Below, in pieces: positions 50,186-59,500 of a DNA stretch of 64,000 nucleotides. The notes under the pieces are model-generated. The model saw only the letters and a list, made by a program, of their open reading frames with translations, did no database searches and was not told the origin of the DNA. The stretch is from an uncultured Alphaproteobacteria bacterium. GTDB lineage: Bacteria; Pseudomonadota; Alphaproteobacteria; Rhizobiales; Xanthobacteraceae. Each line of letters begins with the position of its first letter. Position 1 is the first letter of the stretch. The position numbers and the translations under genes were made by a program. The stretch is from positions 10,953 through 74,952 of the forward strand of contig CAWKMR010000036.1 in the NCBI GenBank assembly GCA_963850705.1, given 5' to 3'.

Positions 50186-50602
50186 ATGTGCGACTACAGC
50201 CTTGAACACGTTGCCTCCCGCGCGGCGGAGGTCGGCGACCGGCTCGTCTCCACCCGCTTCGGGGATTCGATCACGCGTGGCTTTGCCGGCGAGAACAATC
50301 CCGGCGTGGCGGTCTGCCTGCGGCCCGGCACCGAGCTTGCGTTCGAACGTGACGTGGAATTCGAGCATGTTCTCAGCCGCGGCCGCGAAACCGTTCCGTC
50401 GCGGGTCGCGCGCTTCCGCCAGATCGACACGGCGGCGCCGCACGTTCATCACGATGCGCTGGAATTCCCCGACGGCCGCGTCGTGCTGCTGACGCGTCTG
50501 GCCGAAGGCCAGCACGCGACCGTGCTGCAGCTTCCGGCGATACCCGCCGAGAAGGAAAGGGCGGTGAAAATCGAACTGCCCGCCGTCGATTTCGCACGGT
50601 AG
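50186..50602 (+). CDS. Conserved hypothetical protein (138 aa, MCDYSLEHV... family)
   Basis: ATG 50186 inside ORF 49652..50602: MCDYSLEHVASRAAEVGDRLVSTRFGDSITRGFAG...HVHHDALEFPDGRVVLLTRL. I recognise this N-terminal pattern as a recurrent proteobacterial hypothetical family. Confidence 0.6.
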   Translation: MCDYSLEHVASRAAEVGDRLVSTRFGDSITRGFAGENNPGVAVCLRPGTELAFERDVEFEHVLSRGRETVPSRVARFRQIDTAAPHVHHDALEFPDGRVVLLTRLAEGQHATVLQLPAIPAEKERAVKIELPAVDFAR

Positions 50603-50616
50603 CTGGAGCGGCCGGG

Positions 50617-51046
50617 TTACGACGGCAGCGGTTTGCCGCGCACGTCGGCGGCGCGGTCGATCTTGATGAGCACGCCGATGCCTTTGTCGGCGCCGTCGTG
50701 CTCTTGCTCGCGCTTGGTCAGCCGCTTGAAGATCGCTTCGCGCGTGGGGCCGGACTCGTGGAGCTCGGCGGTGCCGTAGAAGCGCAGGAAGCCCGACTCC
50801 AGCACCTTGTCGCGCTGCGCCTGCATGTTGGCGTAGATCACGGTCACGCGCTTGTCGTGGCCGAGATTGGCGAGCGCCTGCTTCTTGGATCGCTCCCAAT
50901 AGGCGAGGTGATCGTCGTCATAGACCAGCAGCGAGCCCTTCGGGCGAGATGTTCGGACCATCCGGCCCCGCCGTCGCGAGCAGGCAGCAGTAGCCGTCCA
51001 CCCAGGCATTATCGATAAGCTTGCGGACTTTTTCGCTGATCGGCAT
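50617..51046 (-). pseudogene. Pyridoxamine 5'-phosphate oxidase-like FMN-binding protein, one frame break
   Basis: My own translation from ATG 51046 gives MPISEKVRKLIDNAWVDGYCCLLATAGPDGPNISP. This joins ORF 50617..51009 (KGSLLVYDDDHLAYWER...FLRFYGTAELHESGP) if one C of the run at ~50943 is removed. Confidence 0.7.
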
Positions 51047-51197
51047 GACGCGTCGTTCCCGCTCCGTGTGACAATTGCGGCGACACTATAGCTTGCGCGC
51101 CTGGATTTCCTACTGGCGAGCGCTTCTGCCGCATGACATGTTTTTTCAGGCAGGCCGATTGGGCGCGCGGCTTTTCAACGAGCTATTGGAGACCGCT

Positions 51198-53298
51198 ATG
51201 ACGGATTTGAACCGAAGGTCCGCCCTGACTTTGGCCCTGGCTGCAACGGCGGCCGCTGCCGCCGGCAATTCCGCATCAGGACAAGACGATCAAGCCGTCG
51301 GCCAGCGAGCTCCGATCGAGCCTGCCTCGATTGAAGCCCTGCGAGTCTATCCGCCGCTCGGGATCGCCCGGGTCGGCAATGCGATGGAGGCGGACGCCTA
51401 TGTCATCGGGCCCGAGGTGATCGGCGGTCCGTCCACGTTGCCGGACGGAACGCCCGCTGAGCCTCGTTGATCGATTTCCGTACTGGAAGCGGCGACATCA
51501 AACGGCAGGCAGCGCGTTTTCGCGTTTACGCCCATCTCAAGGACGGTTCGGTCGTGGAGGTGACAGCGGCGTCGGCGCGCATCGAATGGCGTGTGGCGAT
51601 CGCGAACCTCAAGGCCGGCTGGTACGACTTCAACCAGGCTATGGATTTGCCGCGTGGGCTCAGCAGCGAGCGCGCAGCAAAGAAACCGCAAGCCGTCCCC
51701 GCCGCGCGGCCGCGCCGCCCTCGACATCGTGCCGAAGCCGCGCGCCATCGAAGGGCGCGACGCCGCGGCGGTCGCATTCGACGACGGAAGTTTCTGGGAC
51801 AACAATAACAAGGTCTATCTCGGCGAGTTGCGCACCGATGCTGAGGGCCGTCTGCTGTTCCTTGGCGGGCGCGGTGCATCGGCGCCCTTCAAACGGGGGA
51901 TGAAGCCGACGACCTTCGCGAACAACGGTGGTTGGCACGACGATACGTCGCGATGGGCCGGTACGGGCGACGGTGACATTCCCGGGCGCCGAACCGATCG
52001 AGGCCGAGGCCGGCTATGTCGTCGTAACGCCGCCGAACTACGCGCCCGGCGTGTCCGGTCTTGTCACCATGGATGACACCGTGCGCGAGGCGTTCCAGCG
52101 GCAGGGCTGGATCGCAACGCCGAAGACCACATCGTTCACCAGCGACATCTGGCCGATCTTCGATCGGCTGAGTGGCCTGCAATGGGTCAATCACGGCCTG
52201 TTCATGGTGCACGGCTACGGCTCGCCGCTTGATGCGCGCGAACCCGCAACGATTGACCGGCTGCGCGATAGTTCCACCGGCAATCTCGACTGGCGTCGCC
52301 GCGTGTTCGAACTGTTCCGCGATCCCACCGCCGGTGCGGGTCTGGACGAGCCGCGGATGCCGCAGGTCTACGGCGATGCCTATGGCGAAGGTCCGGAAAG
52401 CCCCAAGGATGCGCTCACGCTCCTTGCGGTGACACCGACGCAGTATGCGCACTTGCAGCGCTGGCTCGCCGGCAATGTCGCCGACGACTGGCCGGGCGCG
52501 CCGCCGGTGCCGCCGGACTTCGACGCGCTGACGCCGGCGGAGCAGGTCGACCCAGCTCGAGCGTGCCGCACTCAGCCGATTGTCTCGGCGGGCCATTCCA
52601 TCCCGGCATCGAGTTGACCTGGGTGATGCGCCTGCCGCGCGTCTGGAAGCGCGCCTACCGCCTCAACGTGCTCGCGACCGATCAGCCGGCCCGGCAGAAT
52701 TTTGGACCGACGCTCACGCCCGCGGTCTGCATCGGGCCGAAAGGTCCCTACGACGGCGTCGCGGCCGGTGCCTTGACGCGCTTCATGGGCGTGCCGTGGC
52801 AGACCGACGAGGCGTCGTGCAACTCGTCGGCCGACTACACGCCGTGGACCTTCCTGTCGATGCCGACCTATTGGGGCGCGCGGGTGCCCGATCAGGTCTT
52901 CGCCGGCTGCCAACTACGATCGCGCCGCCGCGCTCGATCCCAAACACTCGCTGGTGCAGGCGCACAAGCACTTCATGCTGCGCGTCGACTGGCTGCGCGA
53001 CGTGCGTGAAACGGGCTACGAGGAGCGCATCGCCAAAATGGTCGAGGACTGGTGGGCGCTCGGCATGGTGCTGCCGGTGCCGGACCCGCCAGCGCATCTG
53101 CCCCCCGACACGCGGGTCGAGCAGGGCCGCCGGGAGGACCGGCGGCGCGACGCCAAACGCGATCTGGTGAGGGCCGTCGAGAGCCTGACGGCGCCGGTCA
53201 CGTTGACGCTGCGCACGTTCCGGCCGCTTACCGAGCAGGTCGACGGCGCGGCAGCACCGCTGCCGCCACGGCGTGCATTCCGGCAAGGCGAGATCTGA
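51198..53298 (+). pseudogene. LodA/GoxA-like cysteine-tryptophylquinone amino-acid oxidase with twin-arginine signal, about five frame breaks
   Basis: ATG 51198 gives [23 protein letters not shown]...LRVYPPLGIARVGNAMEADAYVIGPEV (LodA-type N-terminus). Pieces 51467.., 51591.., 51928.., 52563.. (CLGGPFHPGIELTW, FMGVPWQTDEASC) and 52954..53298. Breaks near 51465, 51690, 51950, 52560 and 52905. Confidence 0.7.
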
Positions 53299-53305
53299 GG
53301 CTTCG

Positions 53306-54296
53306 ATGTGCGCTCAATCGGCCAACATCCTCGTAGCGGGCGCCGGGCCCGCCGGCGCGACCATCGCACGGCTGCTCGCGCGCAAGGGACGGCGCGTCAT
53401 GCTGGTCGACCCAGGCGCGCGCCGTGTCGACCGGCTCGAGATCATCGCGCCGGCGGCCCGCCGCGTGGTCGAAGCGACCGGCGTCGCGCATCTTCTGCAC
53501 GACATGTCGATCGCACGCCCTTGCCCCGGCATCCGCCGCCGCTGGGGAACGATCGAAACTGAGATCGACGATTTTCTGCGCCGTCCGGGCGGCCGGGGCT
53601 TCGTGATCGATCGCGTGCTCTTCGATGAGGCATTGCGCGGGATGGCGATGGATGCCGGCGTGGATTGTGTGACGGGTCGCGTTGTTGCCGCGCGCCATGA
53701 AGGCGAAGCGGTGGTTCTGAAAGTCAAATCCGGCTTGAAGGAGCTTCAAATCTCTGCCGGACTGGTGGTCGATGCCACCGGACGTCCGTCAACGGTCGCG
53801 CGACGCATGGGTGCGCGGCGCTTGGTCAGCGAACGGCTCGTCGCGGTACGTCAGCCTATCGAAGTGCCGCCTGCCGCCGGGCCGAACACCGGTTGGCTCG
53901 ACGTGGAGAGCCGCGAGGATGGCGGGCGAGATGGCTGGTCGTATGCGGTGTCCGGCCCAGGCGGCCGGTATGATCGCTGGACAGTCTATCGCCCCCGGCA
54001 AAGTCCACAGGATCATGCAGGTACATGTGCGCGACGCATCGTCGGCGCTGCTGTCGCAGGCAGCCGGCGATGGTTGGATCGCGATCGGCGACGCCGCCGC
54101 TTCGTTCGATCCAGTGACCTCGCAAGGTCTGATGAATGCACTGTCGACCGCGCTCGTTGCTGCAGGCGCGATCCTGTCGCCGGGCGGACTCGATGGGGCC
54201 GCGCGCAGCGTCTATTCGAACGCCGTTGCCGCGACGTTCCGCTATTCGGAAGCCGGAAGGTCGCGCGTCTATGATGCGCTGACGATGCCGCGCTGA
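53306..54296 (+). pseudogene. LodB-like FAD-dependent flavoprotein (partner of LodA-type oxidases), one frame break
   Basis: ATG 53306, 8 nt after the lodA-like stop: MCAQSANILVAGAGPAGATIARLLARKGRRVMLVD (ORF 53273..54274). This joins ORF 53772..54296 (GDGWIAIGDAAASFDPVTSQGL). Break between ~53930 and 53990. Confidence 0.65.
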
Positions 54297-54386
54297 GAGC
54301 GCTCAGCGAGCCGGCGCGTGTCGAAGCTGCCGTGGATGGCGTGGCTGTTCTTGGTGAAGAAACGCGTCCCGGGTGAGCTGCACGCG

Positions 54387-54565
54387 TCAGGGCGATGGCA
54401 CTGTGCGCGTGAGCTGCTCGCCGCAGGCGCATCATAGATCATGTCGTCGGCGCCGCCGTCCGGTGTCGGGTGCGGCTCCATGCGCGCGAGCCACATCGGC
54501 GCGCCGCAGCGCCGGCAGGGCGGCGACTTCAGCAGGGTCGATAATCTTTCGGACGAAGACGCCAT
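54387..54565 (-). pseudogene. Possible small zinc-ribbon protein (~59 aa), one frame break
   Basis: ORF 54269..54667 contains MASSSERLSTLLKSPPCRRCGAPMWLARMEPHPTPDGGADDMIYD. Shifting one base then gives CACGEQLTRTVPSP-stop (TGA 54387..54389), completing a CxxC...CxC pattern. Confidence 0.3.
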
Positions 54566-54689
54566 TGCGCCTCTGAAGGCACCATTCAAACGCGAAGAGT
54601 GCGGACGGTCATGGATATCGGTCACGGGAAACTTCCTTCCGCTGTCAGTCCCCCTCGGCCCGTGCATTGGCCATCGATCAGTAAATAAT

Positions 54690-54950
54690 AGGCCTCTTCA
54701 GTAAACTGTACAAGCGTAGTCTTTCAGCAATACACACAAATACTTTGGCATCACCTGATGATACATCAACAATCAACGCATTTTACATCTTATAAGTCTT
54801 TGTATCATCTTGTTGTGTATTGCGCATTGGCTCATGGAACTCAATTGGCGTGAAGAGCGTTGATGGTGTGAAAAGCGTTGATTGAGTAATTGACTGCTGA
54901 TTGTGCCGAAGCTATAATCCGATCCAGTTCCCATCTGTTGCCTTCAGGGG
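54690..54950. promoter_or_regulatory. AT-rich intergenic region with nested inverted repeats and 18-bp-spaced direct repeats upstream of the RHH/ParA-like pair
   Basis: Inverted repeats GCAATACACACAA (54727..54739) / TTGTTGTGTATTGC (54810..54823) and GATGATACA (54757..54765) / TGTATCATC (54801..54809). Direct repeats GTGAAGAGCGTTGAT (54850..54864) and GTGAAAAGCGTTGAT (54868..54882). GCGTTGATTG also occurs inverted at 54770..54779. Confidence 0.55.
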
Positions 54951-54956
54951 AGGGCA

Positions 54957-55352
54957 ATGATGACCATGGAAATGGCGATGCCCGTGGCGAGCGCCTGCAA
55001 GTGATGCTGACGCCGGACGGAATTGGCGGCGCTCGACGATTTCCGCTTCAAGACCCGGATGCCGAGCCGGGCTTCGGCGGTGCGCGAACTGCTCAAGCGC
55101 GGGCTGGCGGCGGAAGGATTTCTGAACACGGAAGCCGGCTCGAAGTCGGCCGATTTCGGCGTGATCCACTGCCGAGCCGGCGCGGATGGCGCTACCGTCA
55201 GAGCGCGAAAGCCGCTAGAACCAGCGCAGCAGAGTCGTGGAGGCGGCCGCCGAACCTCGGCGCCTGCGGCCGTGACGGGCCCTTTAACCTGTTCGTTAAC
55301 CATTCAGGCCCAAGGCTCCGGTATCCCGACACGGGGGGAGCGTCGTCGATGA
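54957..55352 (+). pseudogene. Ribbon-helix-helix (CopG/MetJ-like) DNA-binding protein, at least one frame break
   Basis: GGGGAGGG SD then ATGATG at 54957. RGERLQVMLTPD (frame of ORF 54890) joins ELAALDDFRFKTRMPSRASAVRELLKRGLAAEG (ORF 55023..55352) if one G at ~55019 is removed. The stop overlaps the ParA-like ATG (ATGA). Confidence 0.55.
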
Positions 55353-56043
55353 ACGTCATCACGGTGGCTTCGCGTAAAGGCGGCGCGGGCAAGACCACGC
55401 TCTGCGCCCATCTCGCCGCGCTCGCGCAGGCGCAGGGCTACAAGTGCCAGGTCATCGACGGCGATCCGCAGGGCTCGCTCGCGCTCTGCAACCGGCTGCG
55501 CGCGGACGCGGCGCTGCCGTTCGCGACCGCCGAGCGCGGCATCGACCGCGCGCTGGCGATGGCGCAGGTGGCGGGCGCCGAGTGGGTGTTCATCGACACC
55601 TCGCCGACCATGTGGGTGGTGGTGCAGGAGGCGATCCGCGCCGCGACGCTGGTGCTGATCCCGGCGCGGCCGGGCTTCCTCGATCTCGACGCGGTGCGCG
55701 AGACGGTGAAGACCGCGCGCGAGCGCAACAAGCCCTATGCGGTGGTGCTCAACGCCTGTCCGGTGAAGCGCGGCGTGCGCGAGGCGCCGGCGGTGGCGCA
55801 GTCGCGCGCCTATCTCGAGCGCGAAGGCGTGCCGGTGTTCGCCGGCCAGATCAGCCATCGCGCGTCGTTCAGCTCTGACGCTCGCGGAGGGCGCCAGCGC
55901 CGGCGAGGCCGAGCCTGCCTCGCTCGCCGCCGCCGAGATCGCCAAGCTCTGGACCGCGGTCGAGAAGAGCGTCGCCGCGATCAACGCGGCACTATGCCGA
56001 CGCCGCGGCGACCGCGAGCCTGACGCAAGGGCAGGCGGCTTAG
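55349..56043 (+). pseudogene. ParA/MinD-family ATPase, orphan copy 2, two frame breaks near the 3' end
   Basis: ATG 55349 gives MNVITVASRKGGAGKTTLCAHLA, VIDGDPQGSLAL, WVFIDTSP. Removing one base at ~55874 and one at ~55989 restores ...SFSLTLAEGASAGE...AKLWTAVEKSVAAINAHYADAAATAS..., parallel to copy 1 (AIHGHYAGVA). TAG 56041..56043. Confidence 0.85.
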
Positions 56044-56066
56044 ATCGTGCGACTAGGCGATAGCCG

Positions 56067-56357
56067 CTAATTCACCGCCTCGTAGAGCTTCACTACCGCT
56101 TTCGCGCCTTTCAGGCCGCGCGTATGCCGCACGATCTCCTGGTGCGCGTCGCTGTGCACGTACATCTCGATGTCGGTCTCGGATTCCCACTCCGAGCAGG
56201 AGATGAATTCGTGCGCCTCGCGGCTGCGCAGGAGCTGCTCCGAGATGCAGCCCTTCTGCTGGATCATCAGCGGTGCGCATTCCTTCTTCCAGACCTGCAT
56301 GGCCTTGTCGGTATCGGCTGGGTCGATGGTGATGAAGATGAGCCGCGTGATAGCCAT
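56067..56357 (-). CDS. Antibiotic-biosynthesis-monooxygenase (ABM/Dabb) domain protein (96 aa)
   Basis: MAITRLIFITIDPADTDKAMQVWKKECAPLMIQQKGCISEQLLRS...FISCSEWESETDIEMY, typical ferredoxin-like ABM pattern. Confidence 0.75.
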   Translation of the reverse strand: MAITRLIFITIDPADTDKAMQVWKKECAPLMIQQKGCISEQLLRSREAHEFISCSEWESETDIEMYVHSDAHQEIVRHTRGLKGAKAVVKLYEAVN

Positions 56358-56426
56358 GGTTTCCTCCTGACCATGGAGGACAACGTCTGAGGCGGATTTG
56401 GTTTGACGGCGAGTCGGCTGGGCCGG

Positions 56427-56924
56427 CTAGTCGGTTTTGCCGAAGCCCGCGCGCGTGAGCCGCATGAGCGCGGCGTCGAGCCCGGAGAGGAAGCGCGAGC
56501 GGTCCTGCGCGGCGAACGGCTTCGGCCCGGACGTGATCTCGCCGGCGCTGCGCAGGTCGCTCATCAGGTTGCGGGTGGCGAGCGCCATGCCGATGGCGTC
56601 CTCGGTGAACGGCTTGCCGTTCGGCGCGATCGCCTCCGCGCCCGCCTTCACCGCGCGCGCCGCGAGCGGCACGTCGGCGGTGATCACGACGTCGCCGCGC
56701 TCGGCGCGCTCGGCGATGAAGTTGTCGGCCTCGTCCATGCCCGCGCCGACCACGACGCGCTCGATGAAGTCGGCGCGCGGCACCGCGATCGGCGCGTTCG
56801 ACACCACGACGACCTTGAGCGCCGTGCCGCGCAGCAGGAAGCGCTCGGCCACGCGATAGACCTCCTGCTTCACCGGGCAGGCGTCGGCGTCGACATAGAG
56901 GGTGATGGGCTTGGCGGCGGGCAT
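56427..56924 (-). CDS. YaiI/YqxD family protein (UPF0178/DUF188)
   Basis: Inside ORF 56427..56999. ATG 56924 gives MPAAKPITLYVDADACPVKQEVYRVAER...VVITADVPLAARAV. Confidence 0.85.
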   Translation of the reverse strand: MPAAKPITLYVDADACPVKQEVYRVAERFLLRGTALKVVVVSNAPIAVPRADFIERVVVGAGMDEADNFIAERAERGDVVITADVPLAARAVKAGAEAIAPNGKPFTEDAIGMALATRNLMSDLRSAGEITSGPKPFAAQDRSRFLSGLDAALMRLTRAGFGKTD

Positions 56925-57033
56925 GACCAGCAGGCAATAGGGAAAACCGCCGCCAAAAGAAAACGGGAGAGGGCCGCGTCGGCCGCTCTCCCTTCGCATT
57001 CAATAGGCTGCTGCGTTCAGCGAACGCCGCGCG

Positions 57034-57763
57034 TCACCAGCGGCTGGCTTCGTCTTCGGTCGGCAGCCGGCCGTCGGGCGTGAGCTGGTCGACCAGCTCC
57101 GGCAGGTTCTGGCTCAGGCCCTGCAGCAGGTCGTCGCGTGACATGCCGGTCTGCTGGCTGAGCGCGCTGATGGTGTCGGCGCCGAGCGCATTGGCGAGAT
57201 CGTCGGGCGCGATGTTTTCGTTCTTGCCGGGGCCGACCCAGGACTGCGCGGTGCGGCCCTGGCCCGAGCGCTGCAGATCCTGCAGCACCTGGCCGAGCCC
57301 GCCGTTGAGCACGCTGCCGGCGGCGGCGCCGCCGAGCAGGCCGCCGAGGAGGCCACCAAGTCCGCCACCACCAGGCCCTGCGCCGGCGCGGGCGCGCCGC
57401 GCGTCATGCCGCCGCGGCTGCTGGCCGCCGCCGAGCATGCCGCCGAGGATGTCGCCGAGCCCGCCGCCGCCGGGCGCAGCCGGCGCGGTCCGGCGCTGCC
57501 GCCCGGTCCGCCGAGCATGCCGCCGAGAATGTCACCGAGTCCGCCGCCGCCTTCGGCGGTGCGCGTGCCGGGTGGCAGCGAAGGCGGGCGGCGCTGCCGG
57601 CCGGAGCGCCGCCGCCGCCGAAGCCCTTCATCGCCTTGTAGGCGAGCAGGCCGAGCAGGGCCATCATGATCGGCGACATGCCGCCGCTTTGCCCCGGAGG
57701 CGTCGGCTGCTTTTGGCCGCGCGGGCCGTTCTGCATTCCGTTCAGGATATCCATCAGTCCCAT
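57034..57763 (-). pseudogene. YidB/DUF937 family protein with Gly-rich repeats, two to three frame breaks
   Basis: N-terminus MGLMDILNGMQNGPRGQ...MALLGLLAYKAMKG (ORF 57404..57763). Middle GGLGDILGGMLGG repeats (ORF 57114..57815). C-terminus ...LANALGADTISALSQQTGMSRDDLLQGLSQNLPELVDQLTPDGRLP (ORF 57034..57438). Confidence 0.75.
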
Positions 57764-57860
57764 GGGAGCCTCCAGGAGCTAACACGCGACAGACGTTCAC
57801 GACGTAACGCGACAACTGTCCAGCGCGAACGGAGTTCCGTTCGCGAGCGCGAGATAGGAA

Positions 57861-58148
57861 CTAGACTCTGCGGATTGCCAGGGTCGCCGATGACGCCGCT
57901 GCGCGACCAGCCGATTCCAGATGAACAGCACCAGCACCGCGCCGAGCGGTTGCGGCGATGAAGCCCGCGCCCTGGTCAGCCCGATACCAGCCGATGGTCT
58001 GGCCGATGAAGGTGGCGAGGAAGGCGCCGGCGATGCCGAGCACGGTGGTGAGGATGAAGCCGCCCGGCGTGTTCGGCCCCGGCGACAGCCAGCGCGCGAT
58101 CATGCCCGCGACAAAACCGACAAAGATGATCCAGATGATGCCGCTCAT
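57861..58148 (-). pseudogene. GlsB/YeaQ/YmgE-family small membrane stress protein, frame break near the C-terminus
   Basis: Inside ORF 57861..58574. ATG 58148 (GGAGGG SD) gives MSGIIWIIFVGFVAGMIARWLSPGPNTPGGFILTTVLGIAGAFLATFIGQTIGWY. After ...GAGFIAAT the family-typical LGAVLVLFIWNRLV is in another frame. Confidence 0.75.
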
Positions 58149-58469
58149 GACGTTCGCCCTCCGCATGCCGCGCGGGCGGCAGCCCGCCGAGCCAGGAAGT
58201 CTCAAGCCAAAGTCTAACGCATCGGCGGACGCGAAACAGCGGCCACGCCGCTCAATAAATGAAAGGCCGCGCCGCGATTGCGACAGATTTGCGGCGGCGC
58301 TTGCGGACGCGCCATGTCGCGATGCACGCATGCAAATAAGGTGGGCGGCTGCTTGCCAGCGCTCGTGCAAATGTAGATGCTTGTCGGCATGGATACCTTG
58401 TAAATCGCGTGCGTCTAACACATCTGGTCCGCCGCACCGCGTCGGTGCGCCCAGCACGAGGAGTCCCCC

Positions 58470-58842
58470 ATGAGCATTTTCGGCAGCATCGTCAACGCGA
58501 TCTTCGGTACCGCGAAAGCCGTCGGCGGCGCGGTCGCAGGCACCGTCGCCGCGGCAGACCGGCACCAAGCCCAAGCCGATGACCCGCGAAGAGGTCGAGG
58601 CGATGATCCAGAAGAAGGCCGACGAGACCGGCCGTTCGAACTACAATTGGAAGCAGTCGATCGTCGACCTGATGAAGCTGCTCGATCTCGACTCCAGCCT
58701 CAACGCCCGCAAGGAGCTCGCCAAGGAGCTCGGCTACACCGGCGCGCTCGACGGCTCCGCCGAGATGAACATCTGGCTGCACAAGACGGTGATGGCGAAG
58801 CTGATGGAGTCGGGCGGCACCGTGCCGGACGACCTGAAATAG
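58470..58842 (+). pseudogene. DUF3597-like protein, one frame break
   Basis: ATG 58470 gives MSIFGSIVNAIFGTAKAVGG... (ORF 58470..59090). This joins ORF 58579..58842 (EEVEAMIQKKADETG...SIVDLMKLLDLDSSLNARKELAKELGY). Break near 58555. Confidence 0.7.
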
Positions 58843-58950
58843 GCGTCTGCGCCGGCCTTCGGGCTGAGCCCAAACGATCGAGCGGCCCGCATGGTGCGGG
58901 CCGCTTTGCTTTGTGGCGGTTGTTGCTTGCCTTGACGCCAGTCGTCACTG

Positions 58951-59082
58951 CCCTCTACCCCTTGCGGCGAGAGGGCGTACGCGGTCGTTCAACACGATGG
59001 ATTGGGCGAAGGGTGACGGCCCGGCACCGCCTCATCCCGATCGGTGCCGTTGATCCTTCGAGGCTAGCCCTCTCGCCGCAAT
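58951..59082. repeat. Composite palindromic repeat related to 22135..22291
   Basis: TTGCGGCGAGAGGGC (58963..58977) and its exact complement GCCCTCTCGCCGCAA (59068..59082) flank ~90 bp. That stretch contains TCGTTCAACACGATGGATTGGGCGAAGGGTGA, similar to the interior of the 22-kb copy. Confidence 0.7.
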
Positions 59083-59139
59083 CGGGATGACGGGCACGAG
59101 ATGCACGTGCGAATTCCGGCAGCAGCTGGCGAGCGCGCT

Positions 59140-59289
59140 TCACTTGATCCGCTCCTTCGTGCCCTTCTTGCGCAGGTCGGCGGAGTGCGCGCGCTTGTAG
59201 GTCTGGATGTCCTTGAACTTGCCCTTCTTGTCGCGCACCGCGTAGAGCTTCGTGCCTTTGGAGCTGCGATGGGTGGTCCGCTTGGCCAT
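59140..59289 (-). CDS. Small basic protein (49 aa), below the ORF-track length cut-off
   Basis: My own translation gives MAKRTTHRSSKGTKLYAVRDKKGKFKDIQTYKRAHSADLRKKGTKERIK. ATG 59289 is preceded by GAGGAGGACCGC. TGA at 59140..59142. Confidence 0.55.
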   Translation of the reverse strand: MAKRTTHRSSKGTKLYAVRDKKGKFKDIQTYKRAHSADLRKKGTKERIK

Positions 59290-59335
59290 GCGGTCCTCCT
59301 CGTATCGCGCCGCAGTGCGACCTAAAGGGCGTCAC

Positions 59336-59500
59336 GCCCGTCTTCGACGGGCTATGGACGGAAATGCTACAGCGCGCATGCGCTTTTGCAACTGCTGGCG
59401 ACGCTGTTCATCGACGCCTTCGCAATCGTCATGCCCGGGCTTGGCCCGGCATCCATCTCCTTTCGAAAGACGTGGATGGCCGGATGAACCCGGCCATGAC
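59336..59500. repeat. REP-like element cluster (CCCGGCCATGAC family)
   Basis: TTCGACGGGCTATGG..., then palindrome GTCATGCCCGGGCTTGGCCCGGCATCCATCTCCTTTCGAAAGACGTGGATGGCCGGATGAACCCGGCCATGAC. Confidence 0.7.

Noticed and set aside
49652-50602. 316-aa single ORF, and the 377-aa ORF at 54890..56023.
   Set aside because: The first spans a Gly/Tyr-rich small protein, a non-coding-looking stretch and the separate MCDYSLEHV gene with its own ATG at 50186. The second runs from upstream junk through part of the RHH gene frame into the ParA-like gene.
54690-54950. AT-rich region as a chromosomal or plasmid replication origin.
   Set aside because: I found no DnaA-box-like TTATCCACA/TGTGGATAA sequences and no adjacent rep or dnaA gene. 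Operator, oriT-like or partition site interpretations fit the neighbouring RHH/ParA genes better (kept as a finding).
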